Below are positions 26,178-39,345 of a stretch of 64,000 nucleotides of DNA, piece by piece; position 1 is the stretch's first letter, and each line of letters starts with the position of its first letter. The position numbers and the translations under genes are program-made. The stretch lies in the NCBI GenBank assembly GCA_951406725.2, contig OX597817.1, forward strand, positions 70,494,001 through 70,558,000, given 5' to 3'. Origin of the DNA: Octopus vulgaris. Lineage: Eukaryota. The notes below the pieces were generated by a model, which saw only the letters and a list, made by a program, of their open reading frames with translations, was not told where the DNA came from and ran no database searches.

Positions 26178-26214
<37 letters not shown>

Positions 26215-27493
26215 AATGAGCATATCTTTTATTTTTTTATCCGTTTCAGTCACTTGAGTGTGGTTATGGTAAACTTGCTAATATCTCAACAGTGCTCAGA
26301 ATAGATCAATTTTATTCAGAAGTATGTAGTAACAGAACATTTTTCAGAATATCAGAAATTTATTTCAGACTCAACTCTTCAAACATAAAATTCTAACATG
26401 CCTTGTAACGAAAGTTATTTCTTTTAGATTCTTGATCTCGCAATTCTGTTTTATCTACCTTATGTCTCACATTTGAGACAGGACCAGAACGAACCTCAAC
26501 GAACTCTCAAAGTTACTTATTTTTTATATCTGGTGGCTGGACACACACACACACACACACACATGCACACTCAAACAGACACAGAGTTATTTCTGTCAAC
26601 CAATTTGACTTGCAAAGAATTGGTTAGCATCATGTTATAGCAGAAGAGACTTGCCCAAGGTACCATGCTGTGGAATAAGACCCTAAAAATTATGTGACCA
26701 AGAAGTAAACTCTCTATTCACATAGCCACACTGTTGCCTATACAAATATGTATAAATAAATACACACACACACAAACTGATAATGGAAGCTGAATTTTTG
26801 TTTATGAATAGTGGAGAAATATTCCTAATTTCATGTGTAATTCTTTCCAGATATATTAGTTAATTCAACCAAATGTCTGCAGACATCAAGAAAATGAGTC
26901 ATATTCATGTATTATGGGAGAAATCCATTTTCTAAGGTTTAAGAATGAAACTAGATCTTGATTATGTATGTGTTTTGTTTGTGTGTGTGTGTGTGTGTGC
27001 GCATGTATGTGTTTTTCTGTGTGTGTATGTACATGTATGCTTTCTATGTGTGTGCATGTATGTTTTTTCTGTGTGTGTGTGAATGTGGTGGCAGGTTGGT
27101 AATATTGACTTATTGGACAGAAAGCTTTACTGCGTTATTCCAGCTGTTTTAAGTTCAAATCCCACTGAGATCAGTCTTGTCTTTCATCTCTCAGAGGTTA
27201 AATAACAGTCCCAATTCAAGGTAGCCAATTAGTAAAATTGACAGAGCATTGAATAAAAAAACATGTTGCAGGTTTTGTTCCAGCTTTTCACTTTCTGAGT
27301 ATGCATATGACAACAAATGGTACCAAGCTTTATCAAGCCTTTACCTTTACCTTTCTCTTGGACAACATCAGTGTAATGATTAACTCTGGTTCTTACTATG
27401 GAAGACTAAGAATTACACATTATGCTGCAAGCTAGAGGGGAAACTTTCCACGTACAGACAGAGAATTAAAGCTGACCAATGGAGGCCTTAGAG

Positions 27494-27619
27494 CAGGCGT
27501 GGGCTGTCTTTTTCAACAAGTAGGTCACATGAGAAATGGCCTATAACGTGGGCCACAATACTAAAAATATTCAGGGTAATTTTTCATTTAAGTCCTGAAA
27601 GTGCAGTTGCCCATGACTG
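27494..27619. mobile_element. hAT (Charlie-like) MITE
   Basis: TIRs CAGGCGTGGGC / GCCCATGACTG; 8-bp TSD CCTTAGAG (27486-27493) / CCTTAGGG (27620-27627). Confidence 0.7.
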
Positions 27620-27747
27620 CCTTAGGGAATGACTTGGCCAAAATGCCATTATTTTAAAAAATATATACCAGCAACAAAGGCAGCATTAATACTGCGAGAT
27701 AATATTTGTCTCCCCTTAAATATGGATGTTTTGTTAGTAAATACTAT

Positions 27748-27908
27748 AGTGTGGCTGTGTGGTAGGTAGCTTGCTTACCAACCACATGGTTCCGGGTTCA
27801 GTCCCACTGCGTGGCACCTTGGGCAAGTGTCTTCTACTATAGCCTCGGGCTGACCAAAGCCTTGTGAGTGGATTTGGTAAACAGAAACTGAAAGAAGCCC
27901 ATCATATG

Positions 27909-27983
<75 letters not shown>

Positions 27984-28207
27984 ATATGTTTGTATGTCTG
28001 TGTTTGTCTCCCCAACATCGATTGACAACAGATGCTGGTGTGTTTACGATCCCGTAACTTAGCAGTTCTGCAAAACAGACCAATAGAATAAGTACTACGC
28101 TTACAAAGAATAAGTCCTGGGGTCGATTTGCTCGACTAAAGGCGGTGCTCCGGCATGGCCACAGTCAAAATGACTGATACAAGTAAAAGAGTAAAAGAGG
28201 AAAGAGT
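27748..28207 (+). mobile_element. SINE family A
   Basis: Well-preserved copy with internal (TA)n and GAGTAAAA-repeat tail. Confidence 0.9.
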
Positions 28208-28799
28208 GTGGTAGTTGCCATGAGAGAAACAAGGTCAAATCACTGACTCAACAAGTGCAACTCAAAATATTCCTTTTTTTTTTCGGTTATATTTTTCTCT
28301 ACTTCAATGAATGAGATGCTGTTGTTGTTGTTGTTGTTGTTGTTTAGCTTCATGCCAACCTTGACCAAGCAGGTCAATAATCAAAAGAACTGTAACTATA
28401 ACCCCACCTTTGCCCCATTTTTGTAGCAGTCTTAGTGTATCGGGGACTATATTCTACAAGACAGCCTAGCTTTTGTTAAGTGTGTAAGAAAAGGGTGACT
28501 GGCTGCGACATTTTGCTAAGCCTGTAATGAAGTATTACAGCTACACGTACAAACTTCGACATCTTAGACCAGTGCTTCTCTAAGCAATCGTTACCACCCT
28601 CTGAGTGACACTAGAACATTTCACATGCATACTGGGGACAAAGGAGAAAGTAGGGGGCAACAGATGCAACTGTACAGTTCCTTTTCTTAAAATATTTGCT
28701 GTTTGTTTAAATAGTTAACTTATAAAATTTTAAATGTAACATTATGATAAACTGTTTGTAAGCCATAATCATAATAAATATTGGTTTCTGGAACAAAGC

Positions 28800-29203
28800 A
28801 AATCAATTACCTTGACCCCAGCGTTCAACTGGTACTGGATTTTATCAACCCCAAAAGATGAAAGGCAAAGTCGATCTCAGTGAAATTTCAATGCAGAACA
28901 TAGAAACAGGCAAAAATGCTGCTAAGCATTTTGCCCAGTCTGCTAATGATTCTGCCAGCTCACAGCCTTACCAACATGGAATACTGAATTCAAATTTTGG
29001 CACAAAGCCAGCAATTCCAGAGCTAGATAGAGTAAGTCAATTACATCAACCCCAGTGTTCAACTGGTACTTATTTTATCAACCTCCAAAAGGATGAACGG
29101 TAAAGTCGACAGAAATAGCATTTAAACTCAGGACATAGAGACAGACAAAATACTGCTAAGCATTTTACCTAGCATGCTAACGATTCTGCCAGTTCACCAC
29201 CTT
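28800..29203 (-). mobile_element. Two tandem SINE family B copies
   Basis: Two reverse-complement family B bodies next to (AAT)n. Confidence 0.8.
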
Positions 29204-29219
29204 AATAATAATAATAATG

Positions 29220-29269
<50 letters not shown>

Positions 29270-29273
<4 letters not shown>

Positions 29274-29834
29274 GCCCTGATGCAATACAAGGCAGTGGCT
29301 CACGTGGCTTCTGATCTTAACTGATTGGAAGTGTTATCACGTACATTGCTTTGTCTTGGTATAAAAAGATGGGCTACAGCAAATATTCTGCTCAATACTA
29401 CAGATTTGCTTGTCAGTTGTTTGACCTTAACCAGTTGACCATGTCCCTTAGTGGCTGATATGTACATCTCTGATCACGAGCAGAAGTAGTGGGGGAGCAT
29501 GATAGCCATGTGTTGAGAGGGGTTCATTGGGGTTTGAATAATTCACCTATGGAAACACGGGTGTTTCATTCAACATCCTCAAACAACCTTTGTTCAGGGA
29601 CCTTTTGAGTGGGATGGGTTACTCAACCAGAAGAAAATTCTAACTGGGCCCCACATGCAAGGTCATGTGCTGTTTATCTTGATATGAGATCATGTTGCGC
29701 ACATATGGTTGTGATGCATGTGCCTGGTCTACCCTTGTCAGATGGGTAGTCATGATAGGTATACTGGGCTTCATATATTTTATCCCCGTGTCACTTTGAT
29801 GACATGCACTGCTCTCTCACTCAATAATAATAAT
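29270..29834. repeat. Unclassified ~560-bp interspersed repeat bounded by (AAT)n
   Basis: Partial inverted copy at ~63762-63925 (CCCTCTCAACACATGGCTAT...GATCAGAGATG...TTGAGCAGAATATTTGCT). Confidence 0.75.
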
Positions 29835-30835
29835 CAGAAGAAGAAGAATTCTTTCTCCAGTAGATATATGTTTGGTGGGAGGGTTAAGTCAATTACATCA
29901 ACCCCAAAAGGATGAAAGTCAAAGTCAACCTCAACGGAATCTGAACTCAGAACATAAAGAGGGATGAAAATGCTGCCAAGTATTTTCTCCAGCATGCTAA
30001 CGATTCTGCCAGCTTTCTGCCTTACTAACATGAAATACTGATGGAAGTTTTTTTTTTTTTAATTTAACCAAAGGTAGTCTCAGGTAGTTTCCTATCAAAG
30101 GGGTTAAGTAGAACATAAACAGTATCAAATACAAAGAGGAGTTGTTAAGACCACAAGCACTACGACTGTCTCTTACTCCAGACCCAGCGAATAAAGCAAA
30201 AACAAACAAAAAAATGTAGTGTGTCAATTAAATAAGATGCCTTTGCTTCCAGTAAACAATATGAAACGACCAGAGTCATGTGCCTTACTTAGAGACCTAT
30301 CAAAATGACTCAAGTAATAGTATCTGACTGTATGACCACACTATATGATAGTTATCTTTATGATCTGCAATCCTGTATGCAATAATCAAGCCACACAAAT
30401 TATTCTGACAGTAAGTTTATACAAACTATTCCTTGAGCAGCCAACTATAAATACAGGCTTATATAACTTTTGTGTTTCACAAGCTGAGAGAGAACCTCCA
30501 AGCATTCACTGGACATGCTAAAAGTAACAGACAAATCTCCTTCATATCACAAAATACTAGATATCTTGGTTAATGCAATCCAGAATACATTGTGAAAGGT
30601 AAAAGAGACAAGTATCCCTAACCTGGAATATCTTTGCTCATAGGTCAACAAATCAACTTAAGGTCTGGTTTGAGACTAAACAACAGCATGTTGATTTGTG
30701 TAAGAACAACTAAGTAAATTCTATTTTTGTTGTTTTAGTTATAAGAACCAATATGGGTCCTGTGATTCCATGCAACTAATTTCATCTTTCGCCAGGGACC
30801 TTGACCAGAAATGTGTTTTTTTTCCCTCTCTGTTA

Positions 30836-31222
30836 TTCTTTTATTCTTTAACTTGCTTCAGTCATTTGACTGCAGCCATGCTGGAGCAGTGCCTTGAGGG
30901 ATTTTAGTGAAACAAATTGACCACAGGACTTGCTTTTAAACCTGGTACTTATTCTATCAGTCTCTTTTGCTGAACTGCTAAGTTATGGGGACATAAACAC
31001 ACCGACACCAGTTGTCAAGCAATGATGGGGGGACCAACACAGACACAAACACACACATACAACAGGCTTCTTTCAGTTTCTATCTACCAAATCTAATCAC
31101 CAGGCTTTGGTCAGCCCGAGGCTATAGTTGAAGACATTTGCCTAAAGTACCATGCAGTGGGACTGAACCTGGAACCATGTGGTTAGGAAGCAAGCTTCTT
31201 ACTACACAGCCATGCCTGTGCC
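30836..31222 (-). mobile_element. SINE family A
   Basis: Reverse complement of the family A sequence. Confidence 0.85.
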
Positions 31223-31232
31223 TTTAAGGATA

Positions 31233-31285
31233 TTCCCCATGCAGGGAATCGAACCTGGGTCGCCTGGGTGAAAACCAGGAATCCT
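31233..31285 (-). pseudogene. 5'-truncated tRNA-Glu(TTC) pseudogene
   Basis: Minus AGGATTCCTGGTTTTCACCCAGGCGACCCAGGTTCGATTCCCTGCATGGGGAA: anticodon arm CCTGG-TTTTCAC-CCAGG, T arm, 3' acceptor strand; D-loop and 5' acceptor strand absent. Confidence 0.85.
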
Positions 31286-31652
31286 GTAATTTTGAGGTTA
31301 AAAAGGAAGTGAAATTAAACTGATTCTTGTTTTTTTTTTTTTTAGTTTTTTCTTTTTGTTAAGAATTTTTTAAAAATCAGACATAGGTTAGATTGCCAGG
31401 TTAGATTGGAGCCTGGTGCAGCCTTCCAGCTTGCCAGTCCTCAGTCAAACTGTCCAACCCATGCCAGCATGGAAATCAGACGTTAAATGACAATGATTAT
31501 GATATATATATATGCAACAGGCTTCTTTCAGTTTCCATCTACCAAATCCTATCACAAGGCTTTGGTCAGCCTGTATGTAAGTAAGTACATGTCCTGGATC
31601 AATACTGGCTAAAACTTATCTAAGTATGTATGTATGTGTATATATATTATAC

Positions 31653-31692
<40 letters not shown>

Positions 31693-32903
31693 TACATGCA
31701 CGCATGTGAATAAGCATCATGATCACAAGCTGTGTCATTCATTTCCAGTATTTCTGTGAAAACATGTCTGGCCATGGAGAAATATAGCCTTGCTTCGAAA
31801 CATGAGGGTTGGCAACATGAAGAGTACCCAACCATAGAAAAATCTGCCTCAGCAAAATTCTATCTGATCCATGCAAGCATGGAAAAGTGGACATTAAAAC
31901 AGTGATGTCGATGATAACATGTTAATTCACAAATTTTCGAAAGCTATTTTCAATATAAAAGTATGTAAACAAAAAAAAAAATAACCTTTCGTAGGAATGC
32001 TCTAATACTCCAGTATTTTTCACTTGTGCAACAGCCACATTTAAATTGTAGTAATCTACCTAGAGGAGAGGCAAGTAAATTAGTACTAAAATGCACCAAA
32101 AATATCCAGAATATGTCAGTAAGGATGGCACACAACCAACATTATAATAGTCACACTGAGTGACTGATGAATAAGTCTGGCATTCCGTTTTAAGTAAATG
32201 TCTCCCTATTTATATATGACTTCATAGACAATAAATTGTTGAAATATTTTGAAAAAAAAGTATTTATCAAGGCTAGCTCAACTACAGACCACCCAACCAC
32301 TAGACAGAATAGGAATATATTAAAAAGTGGCGTTCAGTGTCGGGTTTTATACGATAAATATAAAATAAGAACAAAACAGAATAAAGATAAAATTAAAATT
32401 TCTGAATCCTACCTTATCCAAAAATATGCTATTAATTAGACAAAAGTTACGTATGGAGAAATAGATGTTTTAAATTAATGATGCTAATAAATAATCTACC
32501 AAAACAAATTTGTAAATTTATGTTGGTCGGGTAGTAATGTTAAATATAGGAATTATACAACATAGTTAAGCTATAGTCTTGTCTCTCCAACAAGGCTGAA
32601 ATACCTATAATTATGGGTAAACATGTAACTAAATCGTGGATAGATGAAGCTTTCAGCTCCACTTTTTCATTTATTTTGACTTCTTTCAATTTAAAATTTT
32701 TTTTTATTTGTTGATTTATATCATCATCATTGTCATCTTTAAATGTGCACTTTGCCATGTTTACATGGATACTATGGAATTCGTTGAAGCAGATTTTCAT
32801 GGAAGTTTGGAAATGGATAGCAACATCTGTATGAAGGTGATGCTTATTTGCAATGTTGTGCCTTGAAAGAACAAAGACACAGATAGAGACATAGACACAT
32901 ACA

Positions 32904-32934
<31 letters not shown>

Positions 32935-32936
32935 GA

Positions 32937-34460
32937 AGGTAGTGAGATAGCAGAACCGTTAGCATGCCAGGCAAAATGCTTAGCAGTATTTCGTCTGCCA
33001 TTATGTTCTGAGCTCAAATTCCACCAAAATTGATTTTGTTTTTCAACTCATCCCCTACTGCCAAAATTTCAGGCCTTGTGCCTATAGTAGAAAGGATTAT
33101 TATTATTATTATTATTATTATTAAGGTAGCATACTAGTAGAATCGTAAGCAAGCTGGACAAAATGCTTAGTGGTATTTCGCCCATTGCTATGTTATGAGT
33201 TCAAATTCTACCGAGGTCAACTTTGCTTTTCATCCTTTCGGGGTCGATAAATTAGGCCCCAGCTGAACGCTGGGGTCAATGTAATCAACTCATCCCTTCC
33301 CCCAAAATTGCTGCCCTTGTGGCAAAGTTTGTAAACCATTATTATTATTATTAATTAAGGTGGCGGGCTGGAAGAATTGTGAGCATGCTGGGCAAAATGC
33401 ATAGCATCATTTTGTGTCTCAAAGTTATGAGCTGAAATTCTGCTGAGGTTGACTTTGCCTTTCAACCATTCAAGGTTGATAAATTAAGTACCAGTGAAAT
33501 ACTGTGGTCGATTTGACTAATCCCCTCCCTACTCAAATTTCAGGCTTTGTGTCTTCGGTAGAAAGGATTATTATTATTATCATTATTATTATTATTATTA
33601 TTATTATTAACAAGGCAGCAAGCTGGTGTAATCATTACTGCGCCAGGCAAAATGCTTAGCGGCATTTTGTCCATCACTACATTCTGAGTTCAAATTCCAC
33701 CAAGATTAACTTTACCTTTCATCCTTTCAGAATCGAAAAAATAAGTACCAGTTGAATACTGGGGTCGATGTAATCAACTCATCCTCGCCTCCAAAATAGC
33801 TGGCCTTGCAGCAAAATTTGAAATTATTATTATCATTATTATTATTATTATTATTATTATTAAGGTAGCAAACTGGCAGAATCATTAGCACACTGGCAAA
33901 ATGCTTAGCAGTATTCTGTCTGTCACTATGTCCTGAGTTCAAATTCCGGTGAGGTCGATTTTGCCTTTCATCCTTTCGGGATTAATAAATTAGTACCAGT
34001 GAAACACTGAGGTCAATGAAATCAACTTATCCCCTCCCCCAAAATTGGTACCCTTGTGGCAAAATTTGAAACCAAAGGTGGCAAGCTGGCAGAATAGCAT
34101 GTCAGGCAAAATGCTTAGCAACATTTCATCTGCCTTTACGTTCTGAGTTCAAATTCTGTTGAGGTCAACACTGCCTTTCATCCTTTCACGGGCTGATCTA
34201 ATCAACTGGTCTCCTCACTCAAAATTTCAGGCTTTGTGCCTATAGTAGAAGGGATTATTATTAATATTATAGATAGCATGCCAGGTGAAATGCTTAGAGG
34301 TATTTCATCTGCCTTCACGTTCTGAGTTGAAATGCTGCAAAGGACTACTTAGCCTTTCATCCGGTGAGCACTAGAGTCAATATAATCGACTTACTCCTTC
34401 AACCAAAATTTCAGGCCATGTGCCTTTAGTAGAAAGGATTATTATTATTATTATTATTAT
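32937..34460 (+). mobile_element. Head-to-tail array of ~7 SINE family B copies, mostly separated by (ATT)n
   Basis: Units begin near 32937, 33124, 33357, 33612, 33862, 34076 and 34270; most have AAGGYRGCRAGCTGGCAGAA...TGAGTTCAAATTC...TTTCATCC. Confidence 0.9.
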
Positions 34461-34974
34461 CTCAAGAACTAATAATTTTTGCCATTACATGGTAGTTTGT
34501 GTAATGCACCTTATTCTACCTTCACAAATTGCTTCTTAAAAGAACAAAGAAAAGTAAAGTATGCATTTTCATTAGTTATTATGTTTGTATTGTTTCTGTG
34601 TTTGTGTTTCATTAGAATATTCTGATGCCTGCATTTGAATGTCTCACATGCCTCCTGAAGCGTGTTCCAAGTCTACGAGGCTTGTTTGAACTATTTTCTA
34701 TATGAGCGCATGCAACTGTAAGTGTATTTATTTGGACAGTTTGTTGTGAGTAGTGGTTGTATACATATATATATGAATGTGCCCCTGTGTGCCTGTCGAA
34801 ATATAGGTGTATGCACATTTATATGTCTATTAGGATGGCATGGTGGAAACTGCTATCTGAATTTATTAAAAAGAATTTTTTTTTTTTTTGCCATGGTAGG
34901 TCATTGAAAACAGAGAATTGTGTTACCTTTTTTGTTTTATATATATAATTATTGTTCATTTATTTAGGAAAGGG

Positions 34975-35272
34975 TGAAGGTGCAATGGCCCAGTGGTTAG
35001 GGTAGCGGACTCGCAGTCAGAGGATCGTGGTTTCGATTCCAAGACTGGGTGTTGTGTGTGTTTATTGAGCGAAAACACCTAAAAAGCTCCATGAGGCTCC
35101 GGTAGGCGGGGTGCGACCTCTGTTGTACTCTTTCGCCACAACTTTATCACCCTCTCTTCCTCTTTCTTGTGTAAGGCTGTGATGGACTGGCATCCCGTCC
35201 AGCTGGGGGGAACACATACGCCACAGAAACTGGGAAACCGAGCCCATGAGACTGGCTAGGCTTGTAAAGGAC
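34975..35272 (+). mobile_element. SINE family C
   Basis: Same head as 231-372 and same body as 22470-22772. Confidence 0.88.
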
Positions 35273-36254
35273 GACGTTTATCGTATTTGAGAAAGGCACA
35301 AGAGATTTTTTGAGTCATTTTAACATTATTAGAAATTAAAAACAAAATACTATTTGAAGAGAATAGAGAAAATAAAAATGAAGAGATTCTATTGGGATTT
35401 CACATTACACTTATTGGAAAGTTGCTCTGCTTCTCAAGTAGGTACCTCCACATATGAGTGCATGAAGAAATTATGTACTTATTCAATATTTCAGTGTGGG
35501 ATTGTCAAGATTAGAATTTCTAGGGTACAAAGTCAACAAAAAGTCTTTAAATGTAAGTTAGAGTTTTCTTTCAAAGTGTAAGCATTTAATTACGTGGAGG
35601 TGTATTTTTCAAAAACCAGACATGTGCTGCTAATTTTATGTCCAATCTTCTTTGTAATATTCTAAATGTGTAATTATGTTGATGGAGTCTTTCATTTTCT
35701 CTTTTCTCTTTGAATAGCATTTCGTGCCTAATTAGTAATAACATTAGCATGACCTCCACTATTCAAGAATCTCCTGTATCTTTCCCAAATAAATTAATAT
35801 ACAGTAGCTCAATAAGCCATTGTTCCCTACCCACCAAAATAATTCACTTTCAAAAATCTGCAAAGGCAAAAGAACCTTTTTGCTTTCCTTCCTTCTTTAA
35901 TAAGTTTGCAGAGCAACTGCTTCCATACCACTCCAGCAGAGATATATGCATGCAAATGCAAGCAGACACATCTCAACAGACCCACAGACACACACAAGTA
36001 TACATACATACGAAACATACAAATTTATGAGTGTGTGTATGTTTGTGTGTGTGCATTGTATTTTTTCTTCTTTTTTTGCCAGATAATCACATGCACTATA
36101 TATTTTTTCTTTACTTGTTTATTACTGTTCTTATTTTATTATTTTAATTCATGTCCATTGTCCAGAAATTTTCTTCACACATCTGTGACCTCTTCAGTGA
36201 CACCTTTCATTTTCATGTGTGTTCTTGCTCCACTTACTCCATTCTGTTCTTCTA

Positions 36255-36307
<53 letters not shown>

Positions 36308-36315
36308 TGCATACA

Positions 36316-36421
36316 TGAGGGGTGTATGAAAAGTCTTGAGCCTCAAAAAAGCAAAACATGGCAGAAGACTTCTGATGAAGGTACAAGACTTCAAGGCTCA
36401 AAACTTTTCATATACCACTCG
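36316..36421. mobile_element. Mariner-type MITE (~105 bp)
   Basis: TIRs TGAGGGGTGTATGAAAAGTCTTGAGCCT / AGGCTCAAAACTTTTCATATACCACTCG, followed by TA. Confidence 0.8.
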
Positions 36422-36776
36422 TATGTATATATATACATATCTATATCAATCAACATACATGATGCACACACATACAGATGTATAAATGTATATAATGTGT
36501 ATGTGTGCATACATACATATGTATACACACACACATTATATATAAATCCTGCATGTACAGTTATATGCATGACTATACAGTATGAGCTCCATATAGATTA
36601 TCCTCATCCAGTCAGTTTCTAGTATAGTTGTTAGACTACTGTATTTAGCAGTGTTACTGGTTATGATTATAGACAGCATGTCTGTATGTATGTGCATATA
36701 TACATATATATATATATACACACATATACAAACAGATAAATGTGTGCGTGCACACACACACACAGATACACACTTA

Positions 36777-36821
<45 letters not shown>

Positions 36822-37369
36822 TTAGCATCTGAAATTGTATACACTGTAGTAGCAAGAATTGACTGGCATGCAGTGAGCAGTGCTTCCCACTGAGGAGCTC
36901 CAATACACTGAGATCATGTGATACAGAAATTCAGGTGCCCATGACAAATGAATTTTGTCTGCTATGATCTGTGTGTGTGTGCTCTTGTGCACCAAGTACC
37001 TATATGAGAGGCTCTCTCAGGGCTAATTACACAGTATTCAGTGTTCTCACAACATATCCATTTTAAGTTGGATATAACGATTACCATTTGATATTAATAC
37101 TGTTTCTGTTGCTAATAAAACAGTAAAACACATATGCATACACATATAGAGTAAACAATTCAAACAAACACACACACAATCATATGCACAGTGACAAAAA
37201 TGCATTGAAATGTTCAAAAGGACACACAAACACCACAAACATAACAGCCAATAAAAAATACATGCCCTACAATTCAATCATAGTAAAAGAACCCCAGAAG
37301 AAGCACAATTTGCCTCTGTGCTTATATTAAGATGAAATAAAGTGCATTACCCAAAGAGCCATTTTATCC

Positions 37370-37700
37370 GCTCAGTGGTTACAGCATCAGCCTCACAATC
37401 ACAAGGTAATGAGTTAGGTTCCCAGACCAGGCTGAGTGTTGTGTTCTTGAGCAAGACACTTTATTTCACATTTCCCCAGTTCACTCAGCTGTAGAAATAA
37501 GTTGTGGCGTCACTGGTAGCGAGCTGTATCAGCCTTTACCTTGGATAATATCGGTGGTGTGGCAAAGGGTGACTGCTATGCATGGGCAATTGCTGGTTTT
37601 CCATAAAATAATCTTGCTCCGACTTGTATCTCAAAGGGTAACTTTGTAGGTACAATCCCATGGTCATTCACGTTGGAATGGGGTCTCTACTCTTTTTTTA
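37370..37700 (+). mobile_element. tRNA-derived SINE family E
   Basis: GCTCAGTGGTTA head and GTGTTCTTGAGCAAGACACT; homologous to the inverted copy at 55350-55670. Confidence 0.75.
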
Positions 37701-38711
37701 CCCTTTTATTAGTTGTCATATAATGACAGAATATCCACCTTTTCTGCTCCTCTATCCTATTCTGTTTTATATTCATGTTGTACCTGAATCTCCCATGTCT
37801 TTCATTCTCACACACACACACACACGCTAGCTATGTATTCACCTCTTCAGCAAGACACTTGCTCCTTTTCCTTTTTTACAGTTTCTTATATCCTGCTCAG
37901 TCATAGGGGTCTTATCTTTCGGATACTTGGTGACTTCACTGGTGCTGGTGTCACATGAAAAGCACCCAGTGCAATCTGTTAAGCTGTTGGTGTTAGGAGG
38001 GGCATCCCGCTGTAGAAACCATGCCAAAGCAGACACAGAACCTGGCAGAGTCCTCTGACTCATTTCTGCTTATCAAACCATCCAACCCATGCCAGCATGG
38101 AAAAAAGGACAATAAATGTCGAGGGTGATGGTGGTGGTGGTGGTGGTCGTCGTCGTCATTGTGGTGATGATATTTTCTTCTGCAATTCAGCATTGAGTTC
38201 TCTTTTACTTAATAGTGCTACAAAAGTGTATATACATTGAGCTGATACATACATGGATATTCTAATTTAACACTGCTTCAATTGCATATACCAGACTTTT
38301 ATTCAGCCAGGCCACTAAATAAAACATCAGTGAATGTTTTATTCAATTGTCCTATATAAGAGGAAATGAATTCTCATCTAGGCATATGGCTGGATGTAAG
38401 TACATAGCATGGAAGAGGCCTATGAAGCTGAAATGCATTTTGCATCGGAAACTATAAATGTATATAATGAAAGAAAGAAAATTGAGAATTATGGATTTAT
38501 AATTAGTTTATTAGTATGATATTATGAGGTTGAAAATTTTTTTATAAAAAACAATACAAATAAATTATAAATCTCCAAAAAAGAAATTGCATCTGCCATA
38601 ATAATCCCTAACATATCGAGACTTTCTCCTTATATGATAGTGATTAACCAGTGAAATTTTTGGATTATTTAATCCCTAATGAGGACTTGACATCCTCAAA
38701 TTGACTATATA

Positions 38712-39345
38712 TAATAATGAAATTATTGTATACAGTGCTCAGGTGCACCACAACTTGTCAAAAGTGTGTACAAAGCATATGCAGTAATGTACAAATGTCT
38801 GGGAAGTGAACAGTGTATGAGTCAGATACATGCTTGCGTGTGCATGGAGGGGAGAAAATCAGGTGTAGTGTTGGCAAATCTCAGGAAGCATGGAAGTTTT
38901 GAAGGATGCAGAGCTCCGACAACTAACAACTGATGTCGGCAGTTTGTTCCATGCTTCAGCAACTCTTAGCATGAAAAAATGTTTCCGAAAGTCATGGGAG
39001 CTGTGCTGTTTCCTAACTTTGTAAACATGTCCACGGGTGTTAGACAGGTGGAGTTTGAAAAGGTGTTAGAGTTATTGTTAGTAAGATAGTTAATAATTTT
39101 ATGGGTGTCTGCCAAGTTAGCTGCTAGACGTCAGAGTTTCAATGTATCCATGCCCGGGGAAGTAAGGCATTCAGAATACGGCAAATACCTGATGGAGGGT
39201 GTTCTCTTGGTTGCAAGTTGCTGAACGGTTTCCAGATGATTAATATCCTGGGCAAGATAGGGGCTCCAGACCAGTGATGCAAATTCCAGATGAGGCCGCA
39301 CCATAGCTATATAAAGCCTCAGATAGATAGCTATATAAAGCCTCA
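38712..39345 (-). mobile_element. CR1/L2-group LINE 3' end
   Basis: LY.AMVRPHLEFAS.VWSPY...DI..LE.VQ..ATK.....Y..Y.E.L...TRGH.YK......FRKHFF..RV...WNKLP. Confidence 0.88.

Noticed and set aside
36370-36400. CTGATGA as a hammerhead core
   Set aside because: No properly placed GAAA or stems; it is the interior of a mariner MITE
35710-36622. 106-aa and 238-aa ORFs
   Set aside because: No recognisable domain; they run through microsatellites and a MITE
38405-38445. GGAAGAGGCC…CTGAAATGCATT and similar strings near 38675, 39500 and 56085 as hammerhead relics
   Set aside because: Several core mismatches each; cannot be told from chance by eye
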